Shown in pieces: positions 18,551-27,732 of a stretch of DNA of 64,000 nucleotides. Origin of the DNA: an uncultured Leptospirales bacterium (lineage in GTDB: Bacteria; Spirochaetota; UBA4802; UBA5550); NCBI GenBank assembly GCA_964529415.1, contig CAZGWD010000004.1, forward strand, positions 70,806 to 134,805, read 5' to 3'. Position 1 is the stretch's first letter; every line of letters begins with the position of its first letter. Under the pieces are notes generated by a model. It saw only the letters and a list, made by a program, of their open reading frames with translations. It was not told the DNA's origin and did no database searches. The position numbers were made by a program, and so were the translations under genes.

Positions 18551-19900
18551 TCACAATTTCCTTGCTGCCAGAACATATAGAATAAAAGAAAACACAACAG
18601 TAATTAAAATTGAACCGGTATTATTCAATATTACAGGAATTCTATGAATCACAAGATAAAAAAATCCGCCGCAGATCCAGCATAGAAACGCAATTTTATT
18701 TATGCCTCCGGTGTACCAGTAAAGACTTTTTTCACTTTCAGAATCATTCCAGTAATAATTCCTTTTTTTAACTGCAAAAAAATCTGCAACCATTATACCG
18801 AGCACCGGCGCAAGAATGAATCCGATATATTCAAGAAAAACCCTGAATGCTTCAATAAAAGAAACTGCGAATAAAAAAACGAAAGCAAGCATTGTTGAAC
18901 CGGCAGCAACTGAAATAAGGCCGTGCTCAGGTTTAATTTTATCGCTGATGTTTGATATGGACATTCCTGCTGAATAAATATTCATCATGTTTGCAGATAC
19001 AGTTGCTGTTATCAGAATCAGGAAACCCGCCCACCCGAAACCAAGTTTAGAAAGCACAGTAGACGGGTCAGACGATGCAGGGCTGTATACACCGCTGCTT
19101 ACAGCAACAGCTATTGAGCTCGCAGCTCCTATATATATCAGCCATACCAATGCAGTAATTCCCCCAATTGCAGGAGCTAATGTGGATGATAAAAAATTTC
19201 TGGAATATCTTGAATAGTCTGCTGATGCTGTTACCCATGAAAGAACAAGTGCTGCTGTAATATCGAGCGCCTGTCCTTGTGAAATAAAAAATTTCATCGG
19301 TTTCCATTCAGCGACCTGGGAATAATCACCCATTGAAATAATTGAATAAAGGACAAGGAGAGTAAGTAAGATCAACAACACTGTAGTTCCTCTCTCAATT
19401 TTCTTCAGCGTTCTCCCGCCCCCCAGAGTTATAAAAGATGTCTGAATTATTACAATTAATATAATAGCAATTGACATGGTTTTAAAACCTTCAGCTTCCC
19501 CGTATGCCGGAATGCCAAAAGTTTTTTTCGCGAGAAAGCTTAAAGATACTGCTGATATGAAAGTATTAATTGCACACCATCCTATAAACATGGTGATATT
19601 TAATATAGACGGTATTATGCTTCCTTTTATTCCAAAAGACGCGCGTGCAAGGCCCATAGACGTTGTTCCGACCCTGTAGCCCATATAAGATATAAGCGAA
19701 AAAATCACAAAAGAGAAAATCCCGGCAGTTAAAGTTACCATCACCGAATTATACAAACCAAGCCCTGCTATAATGCCGCCCATATACCATGTGCTTGTGC
19801 TTGCATTTGCTGCAGCCCACAGTACCACCATATCAATAAATGTATGGTGCCTTTCACTGGAAGGCACCTGCTCATGCGCACTGAATTCCCTGTGTTTCAT
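18551..19900 (-). CDS. NCS1-family nucleobase/cytosine/thiamine-type permease
   Basis: 449 aa with 12 predicted TM segments. The N-terminal ERHHTFIDMVVLWAAANASTSTWYMG resembles purine-cytosine permease (CodB-like) family proteins. Confidence 0.7.
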   Translation of the reverse strand: MKHREFSAHEQVPSSERHHTFIDMVVLWAAANASTSTWYMGGIIAGLGLYNSVMVTLTAGIFSFVIFSLISYMGYRVGTTSMGLARASFGIKGSIIPSILNITMFIGWCAINTFISAVSLSFLAKKTFGIPAYGEAEGFKTMSIAIILIVIIQTSFITLGGGRTLKKIERGTTVLLILLTLLVLYSIISMGDYSQVAEWKPMKFFISQGQALDITAALVLSWVTASADYSRYSRNFLSSTLAPAIGGITALVWLIYIGAASSIAVAVSSGVYSPASSDPSTVLSKLGFGWAGFLILITATVSANMMNIYSAGMSISNISDKIKPEHGLISVAAGSTMLAFVFLFAVSFIEAFRVFLEYIGFILAPVLGIMVADFFAVKKRNYYWNDSESEKSLYWYTGGINKIAFLCWICGGFFYLVIHRIPVILNNTGSILITVVFSFILYVLAARKL

Positions 19901-19956
19901 AAACTCATATTTTCTTTTATATTTTTATAACTCTTTCAAGAAATAATTGCATTTAA

Positions 19957-19975
19957 AAAATGTCCATGACATTTT
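19957..19975. promoter_or_regulatory. 19-bp palindrome in divergent intergenic region (possible operator)
   Basis: AAAATGTC-cat-GACATTTT lies between the NCS1 permease start (19900) and the CHI-like gene promoter. Confidence 0.3.
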
Positions 19976-20088
19976 AATTAAGAAGAAATGCATTCTTGTT
20001 TCAATTTTTTGAATTATTTGATTATGATAATACTTCTCAGACTGTAAAATACCGCTTGAAAAATATCAGTTTTATTAAATCTTAATGG

Positions 20089-20117
20089 TTGACAAAATTA
20101 TCTGCTCATGATAATAA
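20089..20117 (+). promoter_or_regulatory. sigma70-type promoter with extended -10 for the CHI-like gene
   Basis: TTGACA (20089-20094), 17-bp spacer ending in TG, then TAATAA (20112-20117). It lies 37 nt upstream of the GTG start. Confidence 0.5.
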
Positions 20118-20153
20118 TAATTTTATACAATAACAAATAATGGAGGAATTTAC

Positions 20154-20714
20154 GTGAAAAAAATCAGTATATCTTTATTACTTTTGGCATTTATTGCCGG
20201 TTTTGGCCTTTCAGATGGCATGGCTTTCAAACTTGGCGGAAAAGATCTTGTTAAAAACGGCACCGGAGTAAGAACAAAAACATTTATCGGTACAGTTTAT
20301 TATGCAAGCCTTTTTGTTCCTGCTGAACTTAAGGGAAAAGACGGTAAAACAATACTTGAAGCAGATCAGCCAATGTCCATTGTTATATTAACAGACACAA
20401 GCCTGATGAGCCGCAAAGCACTAATAGATGCATTACGTGACGGATTTAAAAATTCTTCTGCAGCCGGCTACAATACAGATAAAGTTGAATCATTTTTTTC
20501 CCAGTTTAATCCTGTTGAATTAAAGAAAAAAGCAGTAATAACATTCAACTACGTTCCAAATCAGGGTGTAACAACTTCTTATACATCTCCTGAAGGAAAA
20601 GCACAGATTCTCGGATCAACAAATTCAGCAGAATTTAAAAAAGCATTGTTTGCTATCTTTATTGGACCAAAACCTGCCCAGGAAAGCCTTAAAAACGGAA
20701 TGCTTGGAAAATAA
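20154..20714 (+). CDS. secreted chalcone-isomerase-like (CHI-fold) protein
   Basis: Signal peptide without a Cys. The GTGVRTKTFIGTVYYASLFVP motif is typical of bacterial CHI-like proteins. GTG start 7 nt after GGAGG. Confidence 0.55.
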   Translation: MKKISISLLLLAFIAGFGLSDGMAFKLGGKDLVKNGTGVRTKTFIGTVYYASLFVPAELKGKDGKTILEADQPMSIVILTDTSLMSRKALIDALRDGFKNSSAAGYNTDKVESFFSQFNPVELKKKAVITFNYVPNQGVTTSYTSPEGKAQILGSTNSAEFKKALFAIFIGPKPAQESLKNGMLGK

Positions 20715-20734
20715 TTTTTAAATAGATTGATATT

Positions 20735-20770
20735 AAAAAAAAGTGACCGCTAAACCGGTCACTTTTTTTT
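20735..20770 (+). terminator. Rho-independent terminator after CHI-like gene
   Basis: GTGACCG-ctaaac-CGGTCAC followed by T8, with an A-run upstream (it could act in both directions). Confidence 0.8.
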
Positions 20771-20901
20771 GGCATCTGTCATATAAATATGTTATTGACA
20801 TTTTAAATAGTATCGGGAAATTTTTATATAAATATCAGCAATCTGAAAAAATCAGACAATGTGATATAGAAAATTATAAAAGAATTTTGGAGGTTTTAAT
20901 A

Positions 20902-22131
20902 ATGGCTGAAGAAAAACTCTTCGGTATGGCGCCGGAAAAAGGACGATGGGTATTCGTTCTTCTTGGTTTTATCGTGGATCTCTGTCTTGGAAGCGTATAT
21001 GCTTACAGCATATTTCTTCCGGAAATCAAAAAAAGCTTCAGTGTTACCGGAATGCAGAGTAATCTTCCATTCATGATATTTCTTGCATTTTTTGCCATCA
21101 CAATGTTTTTCGGCGGAAAATTCATGGAAAAACTCGGTCCGAAAAAACTCGCAATTATCGGCGGTCTTATAGTAGGCTTGGGCTGGGCCCTTTCATTCTT
21201 TGCAACAAACATCTGGATGCTTATAATCAGCTACGGAGTAATTGCCGGCTCAGGTGTTGGCCTTGTTTACGGCGTACCGGTTTCTCTTGGTGCGCGCTGG
21301 TTTCCGGATAGAAAAGGCCTTGCAGTAGGACTTATGCTTGCAGGCTTCGGCGGTTCTGCGCTTATTACAGGTAAACTTGCAAGTGTTCTTATTCCATCAG
21401 TTGGATTAAATATGACTTTCCTTTATTTTGGAGCTGCATTTGCAGTAATTCTTACACTGCTTGCTCTTCCAATTAAATTTCCTGCAGCAGGATATAAACC
21501 AGCTGGCTGGTCTCCAGCAGCGGGTGCTGCAGCAGCAGTTGATTTCGATTCAAGCGAAATGTCCAAAACAGGTACATTCTGGGGACTTTTCCTATGCTAT
21601 ATAATCGGTTGTCTTGCAGGCCTTATGGCAATAGGAATTTCAAAACCAGCAGGCAGCGAAATTATAAAAATTGCAGGAGATACAGCAGCTTCTCTTGTTG
21701 GTATTTTTGCTATTTTTAACGCTCTCGGAAGACCACTATTCGGTTCGTTGACAGACAAAATTACACCTAAATGGGCTGCCATTGTAAATCTTTGCATTAT
21801 TCTTGCAGTATCTCTTCTTATGATAATAGCAAAAGAAGGCGATGTTACTATTTATGTTCTTGCATTTATCGGCTTCTGGCTATGCCTGGGCGGATGGCTT
21901 GCAATTGCTCCGGCTGCAACAGCAGCATTTTTCGGAATGAAAAATTATGCAAGAAACTATGGTCTTGTATTTTTTGCATACGGCATTGGTGCAATACTTG
22001 GTGGAATCATATCAGGCCAGGCAAAAGATGTTTTCGGATCTTATACTTTTGCATTTTACCCAACAGCTGCTCTGGCAGTTATTGGCATGATCCTTACTTT
22101 CGCTCTGATCAAGACTCCAGTTAAAAAGTAG
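20902..22131 (+). CDS. MFS transporter, oxalate/formate antiporter (OFA)-like, copy 1
   Basis: 12-TM MFS. The start is set at ATG 20902 (GGAGG RBS), which aligns with the paralog's N-terminus (FGMAPEKGRWVFVLLGF vs FGMKPESGRWVFVLLGF). The longer track ORF runs through a terminator hairpin. Confidence 0.8.
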   Translation: MAEEKLFGMAPEKGRWVFVLLGFIVDLCLGSVYAYSIFLPEIKKSFSVTGMQSNLPFMIFLAFFAITMFFGGKFMEKLGPKKLAIIGGLIVGLGWALSFFATNIWMLIISYGVIAGSGVGLVYGVPVSLGARWFPDRKGLAVGLMLAGFGGSALITGKLASVLIPSVGLNMTFLYFGAAFAVILTLLALPIKFPAAGYKPAGWSPAAGAAAAVDFDSSEMSKTGTFWGLFLCYIIGCLAGLMAIGISKPAGSEIIKIAGDTAASLVGIFAIFNALGRPLFGSLTDKITPKWAAIVNLCIILAVSLLMIIAKEGDVTIYVLAFIGFWLCLGGWLAIAPAATAAFFGMKNYARNYGLVFFAYGIGAILGGIISGQAKDVFGSYTFAFYPTAALAVIGMILTFALIKTPVKK

Positions 22132-22159
22132 TATTATAATCTGAATTCTATTTCTATAG

Positions 22160-22194
22160 AGCAGCGACTGAATAAAACGGCCGCTGCTTTTTTT
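22160..22194 (+). terminator. Rho-independent terminator after MFS copy 1
   Basis: AGCAGCG...CGCTGCT stem followed by T7. Confidence 0.7.
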
Positions 22195-22295
22195 ATGCTT
22201 AGTAATAATTAATCACTATACATTAAATATCAGATTCAATTATCTGCCTATATAATTTCATAAATAATAGTATATATTCCACGGAGGAACAATTA

Positions 22296-23528
22296 ATGTC
22301 TGTAGAAACAAAAGTTTTTGGTATGAAACCTGAAAGCGGAAGATGGGTTTTCGTACTATTGGGTTTTTTGATAAACCTGTGCCTTGGCAGTGTTTATGCA
22401 TACAGTGTTTTTAAAAAACCTGTTGAAAAAATGTTCAGCGTAAAAGGCCTGGCAAGCAATCTTCCATTTATGATTTTTCTGGCTTTTTTTGCTGTAACAA
22501 TGTTTTTCGGCGGAAGGCTCATGAAAAAGTTTGGGCCGAAAATGGTAGCAATTTTTGGCGGAGCTATTGTCGGTTTAGGCTGGATATTGTCTTTTTATGC
22601 CACTGATATTGTTTTTTTAACTATCACATATGGCGTAATAGCAGGATCAGGAGTTGGACTTATATATGGCTGTCCAATAGCAATTGCTGCAAACTGGTTT
22701 CCGGATAGAAAGGGTTTCGCAGTAGGGCTTACAGTAGCAGGTTTCGGCGGATCTCCATTCATAACAGCCTATGTTGCAAAAAGACTTATAGATGCATATG
22801 GCGCTAATACCACATTTTTATACATGGGTCTTGCATTCTTAGTATTAACTGTAATACTGTCGCTTCCTTTGAGACTGCCTACTGCAGGGTGGAAACCAGC
22901 AGGATGGTCTCCGGCAGCAGCTGCTGCTTCAAGCGTAGACATGGATACCAATGCAATGATAAAAACCGGAGCTTTCTGGGGCATACTTTTATGCTTCATG
23001 TTCGGAAGCTTAGCCGGACTCATGGCAATTGGAATCTCAAGTACAGTTGGAACAGAAATAATAAAAATTGATCCGGTTTTCGCTGCAAGCCTGGTTGGAA
23101 TTTTTGCTATTTTCAACGGTCTTGGCAGACCTTTATTTGGAATAATAATTGATAAATTCTCTTCTAAAACAGCTATGATTATCAACCTCACTATTATACT
23201 TCTAATGTCTATAGGTATGTTGAGTGCAGTAGAAGGAAGCGTCTGGCTATTTATCATTTGTTTCGTAGGATTCTGGATGTGCCTGGGCGGATGGCTCGCA
23301 ATAGCTCCTACAACTACAGCTGCATTCTTCGGCATGAAAAATTATGCAAATAATTATGGAATCGTATTCATGGCTTACGGTATAGGAGCAATACTGGGCG
23401 GATTAATTTCCGGACAGGCGAAAGACGTATTCGGTTCATACATGTTTGCATTTTATCCGACAGCATGCCTTGCTTTATTAGGAATTGTCCTGACACTTCT
23501 TTTAATCAAGCAGCCGGTTAAAAAATAA
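22296..23528 (+). CDS. MFS transporter, oxalate/formate antiporter (OFA)-like, copy 2
   Basis: Collinear paralog of 20902..22131, with long identical peptide runs such as GSVYAYS, NLPFMIFLAFFA, WFPDRKG and FFGMKNYA.NYG. GGAGG RBS. Confidence 0.85.
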   Translation: MSVETKVFGMKPESGRWVFVLLGFLINLCLGSVYAYSVFKKPVEKMFSVKGLASNLPFMIFLAFFAVTMFFGGRLMKKFGPKMVAIFGGAIVGLGWILSFYATDIVFLTITYGVIAGSGVGLIYGCPIAIAANWFPDRKGFAVGLTVAGFGGSPFITAYVAKRLIDAYGANTTFLYMGLAFLVLTVILSLPLRLPTAGWKPAGWSPAAAAASSVDMDTNAMIKTGAFWGILLCFMFGSLAGLMAIGISSTVGTEIIKIDPVFAASLVGIFAIFNGLGRPLFGIIIDKFSSKTAMIINLTIILLMSIGMLSAVEGSVWLFIICFVGFWMCLGGWLAIAPTTTAAFFGMKNYANNYGIVFMAYGIGAILGGLISGQAKDVFGSYMFAFYPTACLALLGIVLTLLLIKQPVKK

Positions 23529-23551
23529 ATAGTTCAATGAGCACAAAAATA

Positions 23552-23581
23552 AAAAAAGCATCCGGAAGGATGCTTTTTTTT
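23552..23581. terminator. bidirectional Rho-independent terminator (MFS copy 2 / NRDE gene)
   Basis: A7-GCATCC-ggaa-GGATGC-T8 between convergent genes. Confidence 0.85.
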
Positions 23582-23603
23582 GTTTAATTTTAAATTTTTC
23601 TCA

Positions 23604-24377
23604 TTAAGAATTTATTCTGAAAGTGCAGTTAACAATTGCCGGTGAACCCTGATTTTCATTATGCGTTTTTTCAATAAAAGTAACTTCATTATTACGATCA
23701 ATCAAAATTACAGTAGAAGACCTTGTTCCATATACTGCCGTGGAAATAAATACCGGTGAAAGCATGCGTTCCATTTCCAGACCTACTCCTGTATCAGGTA
23801 GCTGCGAATCAGGATATATTGTTTTGTCTGCAAGAATTTCAAATAAAGCATCTGCGAGTTTAACATTATTCAATCCGTTAAGCCTGCTCAGTAAATCCTT
23901 TCCCTTGCGTACCTTCGGCCATGAAGTGTCGAGCAGATGATTGGAAAGCCCATGCACACCCGGATATATCTGCAGATGTGAATCACTTCTATTGGAATAA
24001 TAAAGCAGCTTATCAACACTGCCGAATATCAGATTAAAACCCGAATAATCTTTTCCATTTGCAATCAGCTGTTTCAGATAATCATCAGTTGAAATCTCAT
24101 CAATGAGATACCTGCTTACAAGTGATCCGCGGGAAGGGCCTTTACTGTCCGCGGCAGAATGATGTTCACGGTAATTTGTAACACAGGCAATTTTTCCGCT
24201 TTTGCTTATACCAAGCCATGTACCATTTCCCAGAAGATCCCTTCCGGAAAAAACATGCGGGGATTCATCCCAGTAGGAAGCCTGTCTGGAAGGACGGTTA
24301 TAGAATTCATCCCGGTTTGAAGCAAGTATCAGCCTGTAATCGGGATGTGTATTGTAATTAATAAGAATAGTACACAT
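23604..24377 (-). CDS. NRDE family protein (TANGO2/DUF833 homolog)
   Basis: N-terminal MCTILI... followed by the eponymous ASNRDEFYNRP motif. The ~257-aa length is typical. Confidence 0.8.
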   Translation of the reverse strand: MCTILINYNTHPDYRLILASNRDEFYNRPSRQASYWDESPHVFSGRDLLGNGTWLGISKSGKIACVTNYREHHSAADSKGPSRGSLVSRYLIDEISTDDYLKQLIANGKDYSGFNLIFGSVDKLLYYSNRSDSHLQIYPGVHGLSNHLLDTSWPKVRKGKDLLSRLNGLNNVKLADALFEILADKTIYPDSQLPDTGVGLEMERMLSPVFISTAVYGTRSSTVILIDRNNEVTFIEKTHNENQGSPAIVNCTFRINS

Positions 24378-24401
24378 TTTTCATATAATCGGAATTATTT
24401 T

Positions 24402-24430
24402 TTAATAGAAAAAATTTTATTTAAAGTCAA
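24402..24430 (-). promoter_or_regulatory. sigma70-type promoter for the NRDE-family gene
   Basis: On the minus strand: TTGACT, 17 bp, TATTAA. Confidence 0.45.
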
Positions 24431-24492
24431 TGCGGAAATAAAAAAATTCAGAGCTATGAAGTTTTCTGATGTTTCTCAATTGAATAAATTTA

Positions 24493-25287
24493 TTAATTGC
24501 AGGCTATATTATTAGGAAGTCTCATTGTGAACTGATATGCGCCAAAACCGCTATATGAATCGTCATACCCGTTATAAAACAATTCTCCGTTATAGAATTT
24601 CCGTATTGCATTATTTATAGATGGAAGGCCGTATTCTGAACTTTCAGAATTTTCTCTCTGACATTTTTCTTTTCTGAACTTGATTTTATTTGTCCACCGG
24701 CAATTCAATGCATCCTTAATTCTTCTTCCAACACCTTCATGAAATTGGGCATAATTTCTCATTATAATATCAACATGATCAGGCAATTCCCTGTTTGCAA
24801 GACATACAACCTCGATCATGCAGTTCTGGGTGTTATTTTTTTTTCTATTATTTGCAGATAATTTTTTATCAATCATATAATTCGATTTAACTGCATTGCT
24901 TATCAATTCAGGTATTATATATAAGGCTAATGGATTATCCGGTTCTTTTAGTATTGGCAGCCTTTCAGACAGAAAATTAACAATATCTTCATTGAGAGCT
25001 GCTACATAATTTCTGAATTCTTCAATTTTTTCCGGTTCAACACCTGCAGGTACAAAAGGAGGAATGCCAGAGTAGAATCTTCTCAAAGCAGTAGTGCCGT
25101 AATATCGTATTGTATGGGATTTAACTGTTTCTCTGCTGGTATTAATTACAAAATAGTTCTGGTAATCTCTTTTATTTTTTAAATAACGGTTTTTAATAAA
25201 AACATTTTTTGAACCATGAAGGATACCTGGAATATCATTATCCAGCTGGTGTAATTTTTCGATATGATTTACAACTCCAGGCAACAT
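24493..25287 (-). CDS. hypothetical protein with possible GHKL N-box
   Basis: 264-aa ORF with GGAG RBS and its own TTGAC-type promoter. The only recognisable motif is IIPELISNAVKSN (N-box-like). Function unknown. Confidence 0.4.
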   Translation of the reverse strand: MLPGVVNHIEKLHQLDNDIPGILHGSKNVFIKNRYLKNKRDYQNYFVINTSRETVKSHTIRYYGTTALRRFYSGIPPFVPAGVEPEKIEEFRNYVAALNEDIVNFLSERLPILKEPDNPLALYIIPELISNAVKSNYMIDKKLSANNRKKNNTQNCMIEVVCLANRELPDHVDIIMRNYAQFHEGVGRRIKDALNCRWTNKIKFRKEKCQRENSESSEYGLPSINNAIRKFYNGELFYNGYDDSYSGFGAYQFTMRLPNNIACN

Positions 25288-25444
25288 TAGATCTCCAAAT
25301 ATAAATCCATGAAAATAATTTAAATTTAAGATATTGTCTTATTTTAAAAATTTAACCATAAAAAGATACATTATGATTTATTTGTCAACATTAAACTTTA
25401 TAAAAATTCTGAAAAATTATACTCTCTATTAGTATTAATTGATA

Positions 25445-27523
25445 TTATAATTTAAAAAATTCTATCTCATGCTTTAAAGTTTCTGCAATAGCAGCATTGG
25501 TTTCAGAGTTAGCAGCCATTTCTTCAGATCCAGAAGCGTTTGACTGCGTAAGCTCATTGATATAACTTACAGATTTTACAATTTCATCCACAGCATTTTT
25601 CTGCTCGTCTGTGGAATTTTTTATTTCAGTTGAACGGCTTTTAACATTGTCAGCTTCAATGTTAACTTCAGCATTTACTTCCACCTGTCTTTTCATGGAA
25701 CCAGAAACCAGATTGATCATTTCACTTGTTGTTCCTATTCCGTCAATGATTCTGCTGATTGTTACAATCGAACTTTCTACGGAACTCATACCGCTGTTTA
25801 TCTCACCTGTATTTTTATTTATTAGAAGATCAATCTCTTTAATGCTTGAGGCAGTTTTATCAGCAAGCTTTGAAATTTCATCTGCAACAACTGCGAAACC
25901 GCGCCCCTGATCGCCTGCGCGTGCAGCTTCAATTGCAGCGTTCAGCGAAAGAAGATTGATCTGCCCTGATATATCGCTTATAATTTTAACAATATTCGTC
26001 ATGTCCCCGGAGCTTTGTAAAATATTATTCATGTTGGAGCTCATTACCCTGATTGACTCAGCCCCGGCTTTGGCATCTGATGTGATTGAAGAAGTTACTT
26101 TTAATGCGCGGTTTATATTTTCTTCCATCGTATGAATGGTTTGAGTAAATTCTTTCATTTTATCAAGGAGAGTAACAATGCTGGCAAACTGATTTGACGC
26201 GCCTGCTGCAATGTTCTCCATTCCGCCGGATATCTCTTCAATAGAAGCCGTAATCTGCTCAACTGTTGCAGACTGTGTCTGCGCATTGGTTGAAAAGGAT
26301 TCTGAAGTAGATGTCATCTCAAGCGATGATGATGCCAATTCATCAATAATGCGCTGAATTTTAAACATGATGTCCCTTATTTTAATCCTGAAGCTGAAAA
26401 GAACTTTTTTCAGATTAGCTACTTCATCCTGTGTTCCGGATATAATTATCTCGTCTGTTGAAGAAGTATCTTCAAACACGCCTTCTGATATTTTTGAAAT
26501 AATTCCGCTTAATGAACCCACAGGCTTTATAACAAGCTTCATTATTACAATATATAGAATTACCAGCAGAAGGCCGCATAATACTATAAATGATATTACC
26601 ATAAAATTGCGGAGCTTATTTGCAGTTTTCATGAGTTCATCTATGTATGTTCCGCTGATTATTACCCAATCCCATTTTTTATATTGATTATAGACTGCTA
26701 TTTTTTCACGCGAAGAGGTTTCACCAAGTTCTTTGTTTATCCAGGAATATTCTATGACACCATCTCTTTTTTCAAGAATTTCCTTTATAAATTCATAGCC
26801 CTTTGAATCTTTTGAATCATAAAGATTTTTCCCTTCCTGAGCAGGATGACTTATAAGAGTACCCCTGTTTTTGCCAGGTCTGTCATCAAGCACATATGTA
26901 TAGCCTGTATCTCCAATTTTAATTTCTTTTATCCTCTTTTTCAATCCGTCAAAACCCTCTGTAAAATCCATTCCTATAAAAAGAACACCTTCAATCTTGT
27001 TGCCTTTTTTAATTGGATTGTAATGAGTCATATAATAACGGCCGAAAAGAACTGCTTTACCGGCATATGTTTTACCTTCAAGCAAAAGCGGATATGCAGG
27101 ATGATTCCGGTCGAGCAGTGTTCCAATAGCTCTTGTACCGTCTTCTTTTCTTAATGATGTCTGGATTCTTTGAAAGTCATCCCCTTTTCGAATAAAAACA
27201 GTAGCTACAGCACCGGAGATCTCTGTAAACCGGTCGATTTCCTGCTGACTGATTGCAATTGAATTCTGGTTATTATATGAAGCATATACACTGCCTAATT
27301 TTACAGCGCTGTCAGTAAGACTGTGATCGTAAGCTTCAATCATGTTCATGACCTGCTTATTTGTATTCTGCAGATTTATTACAGCATCACGTTTTAACAG
27401 AATACTTATAAAGAAAGATGAAAATATTATAAGAAGGAGAAGAGCAGAGAAGATAATAATGGATTGCATTATCAGAAGTTTAATGTTTATTTTCAGTTTT
27501 TTAATTTTTTCAATTATCTTCAT
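25445..27523 (-). CDS. methyl-accepting chemotaxis protein with periplasmic Cache-type sensor and HAMP
   Basis: TM1, ~270-aa extracytoplasmic Cache-like region (GYTYVLDD...ISHP...WDWVIISGTY) and TM2. The signalling hairpin is [34 protein letters not shown]. Confidence 0.9.
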   Translation of the reverse strand: MKIIEKIKKLKINIKLLIMQSIIIFSALLLLIIFSSFFISILLKRDAVINLQNTNKQVMNMIEAYDHSLTDSAVKLGSVYASYNNQNSIAISQQEIDRFTEISGAVATVFIRKGDDFQRIQTSLRKEDGTRAIGTLLDRNHPAYPLLLEGKTYAGKAVLFGRYYMTHYNPIKKGNKIEGVLFIGMDFTEGFDGLKKRIKEIKIGDTGYTYVLDDRPGKNRGTLISHPAQEGKNLYDSKDSKGYEFIKEILEKRDGVIEYSWINKELGETSSREKIAVYNQYKKWDWVIISGTYIDELMKTANKLRNFMVISFIVLCGLLLVILYIVIMKLVIKPVGSLSGIISKISEGVFEDTSSTDEIIISGTQDEVANLKKVLFSFRIKIRDIMFKIQRIIDELASSSLEMTSTSESFSTNAQTQSATVEQITASIEEISGGMENIAAGASNQFASIVTLLDKMKEFTQTIHTMEENINRALKVTSSITSDAKAGAESIRVMSSNMNNILQSSGDMTNIVKIISDISGQINLLSLNAAIEAARAGDQGRGFAVVADEISKLADKTASSIKEIDLLINKNTGEINSGMSSVESSIVTISRIIDGIGTTSEMINLVSGSMKRQVEVNAEVNIEADNVKSRSTEIKNSTDEQKNAVDEIVKSVSYINELTQSNASGSEEMAANSETNAAIAETLKHEIEFFKL

Positions 27524-27550
27524 ATCAGCCTCATTAAATTATATATTTTG

Positions 27551-27579
27551 AAAATATAAACGTGACTAATCCTTGTCAA
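27551..27579 (-). promoter_or_regulatory. sigma70-type promoter for MCP 25445..27523
   Basis: On the minus strand: TTGACA, 17 bp, TATTTT. Confidence 0.45.
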
Positions 27580-27732
27580 CATTTATTAATACAAGCTGAC
27601 TGCTTTATAAAAATACCCGAACTCTTTTTCATAAATTTTGTTTTCCTTTTAAATAAAGCACTATGCAGGCGCTTATTAAAGTTCGATACATAAAATAACA
27701 AAAAACGGGATTAAAATGATTGAGATTCAAAA

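Noticed and set aside
15018-19900. This block, and also 4369..5952 and 46760..48511, looks visibly GC-richer than the surrounding signalling genes. Considered as a horizontally acquired island.
   Set aside because: There are no flanking tRNA, integrase, direct repeats or IS remnants. Conserved enzymes are often GC-richer than fast-evolving signalling genes. I cannot compute composition statistics here, so no claim is made.
20743-20901. N-terminal 53-codon extension of the first MFS ORF in the track.
   Set aside because: The extension begins inside the terminator hairpin of the upstream gene and has no RBS. The ATG at 20902 has a GGAGG box and aligns with the paralog's N-terminus.
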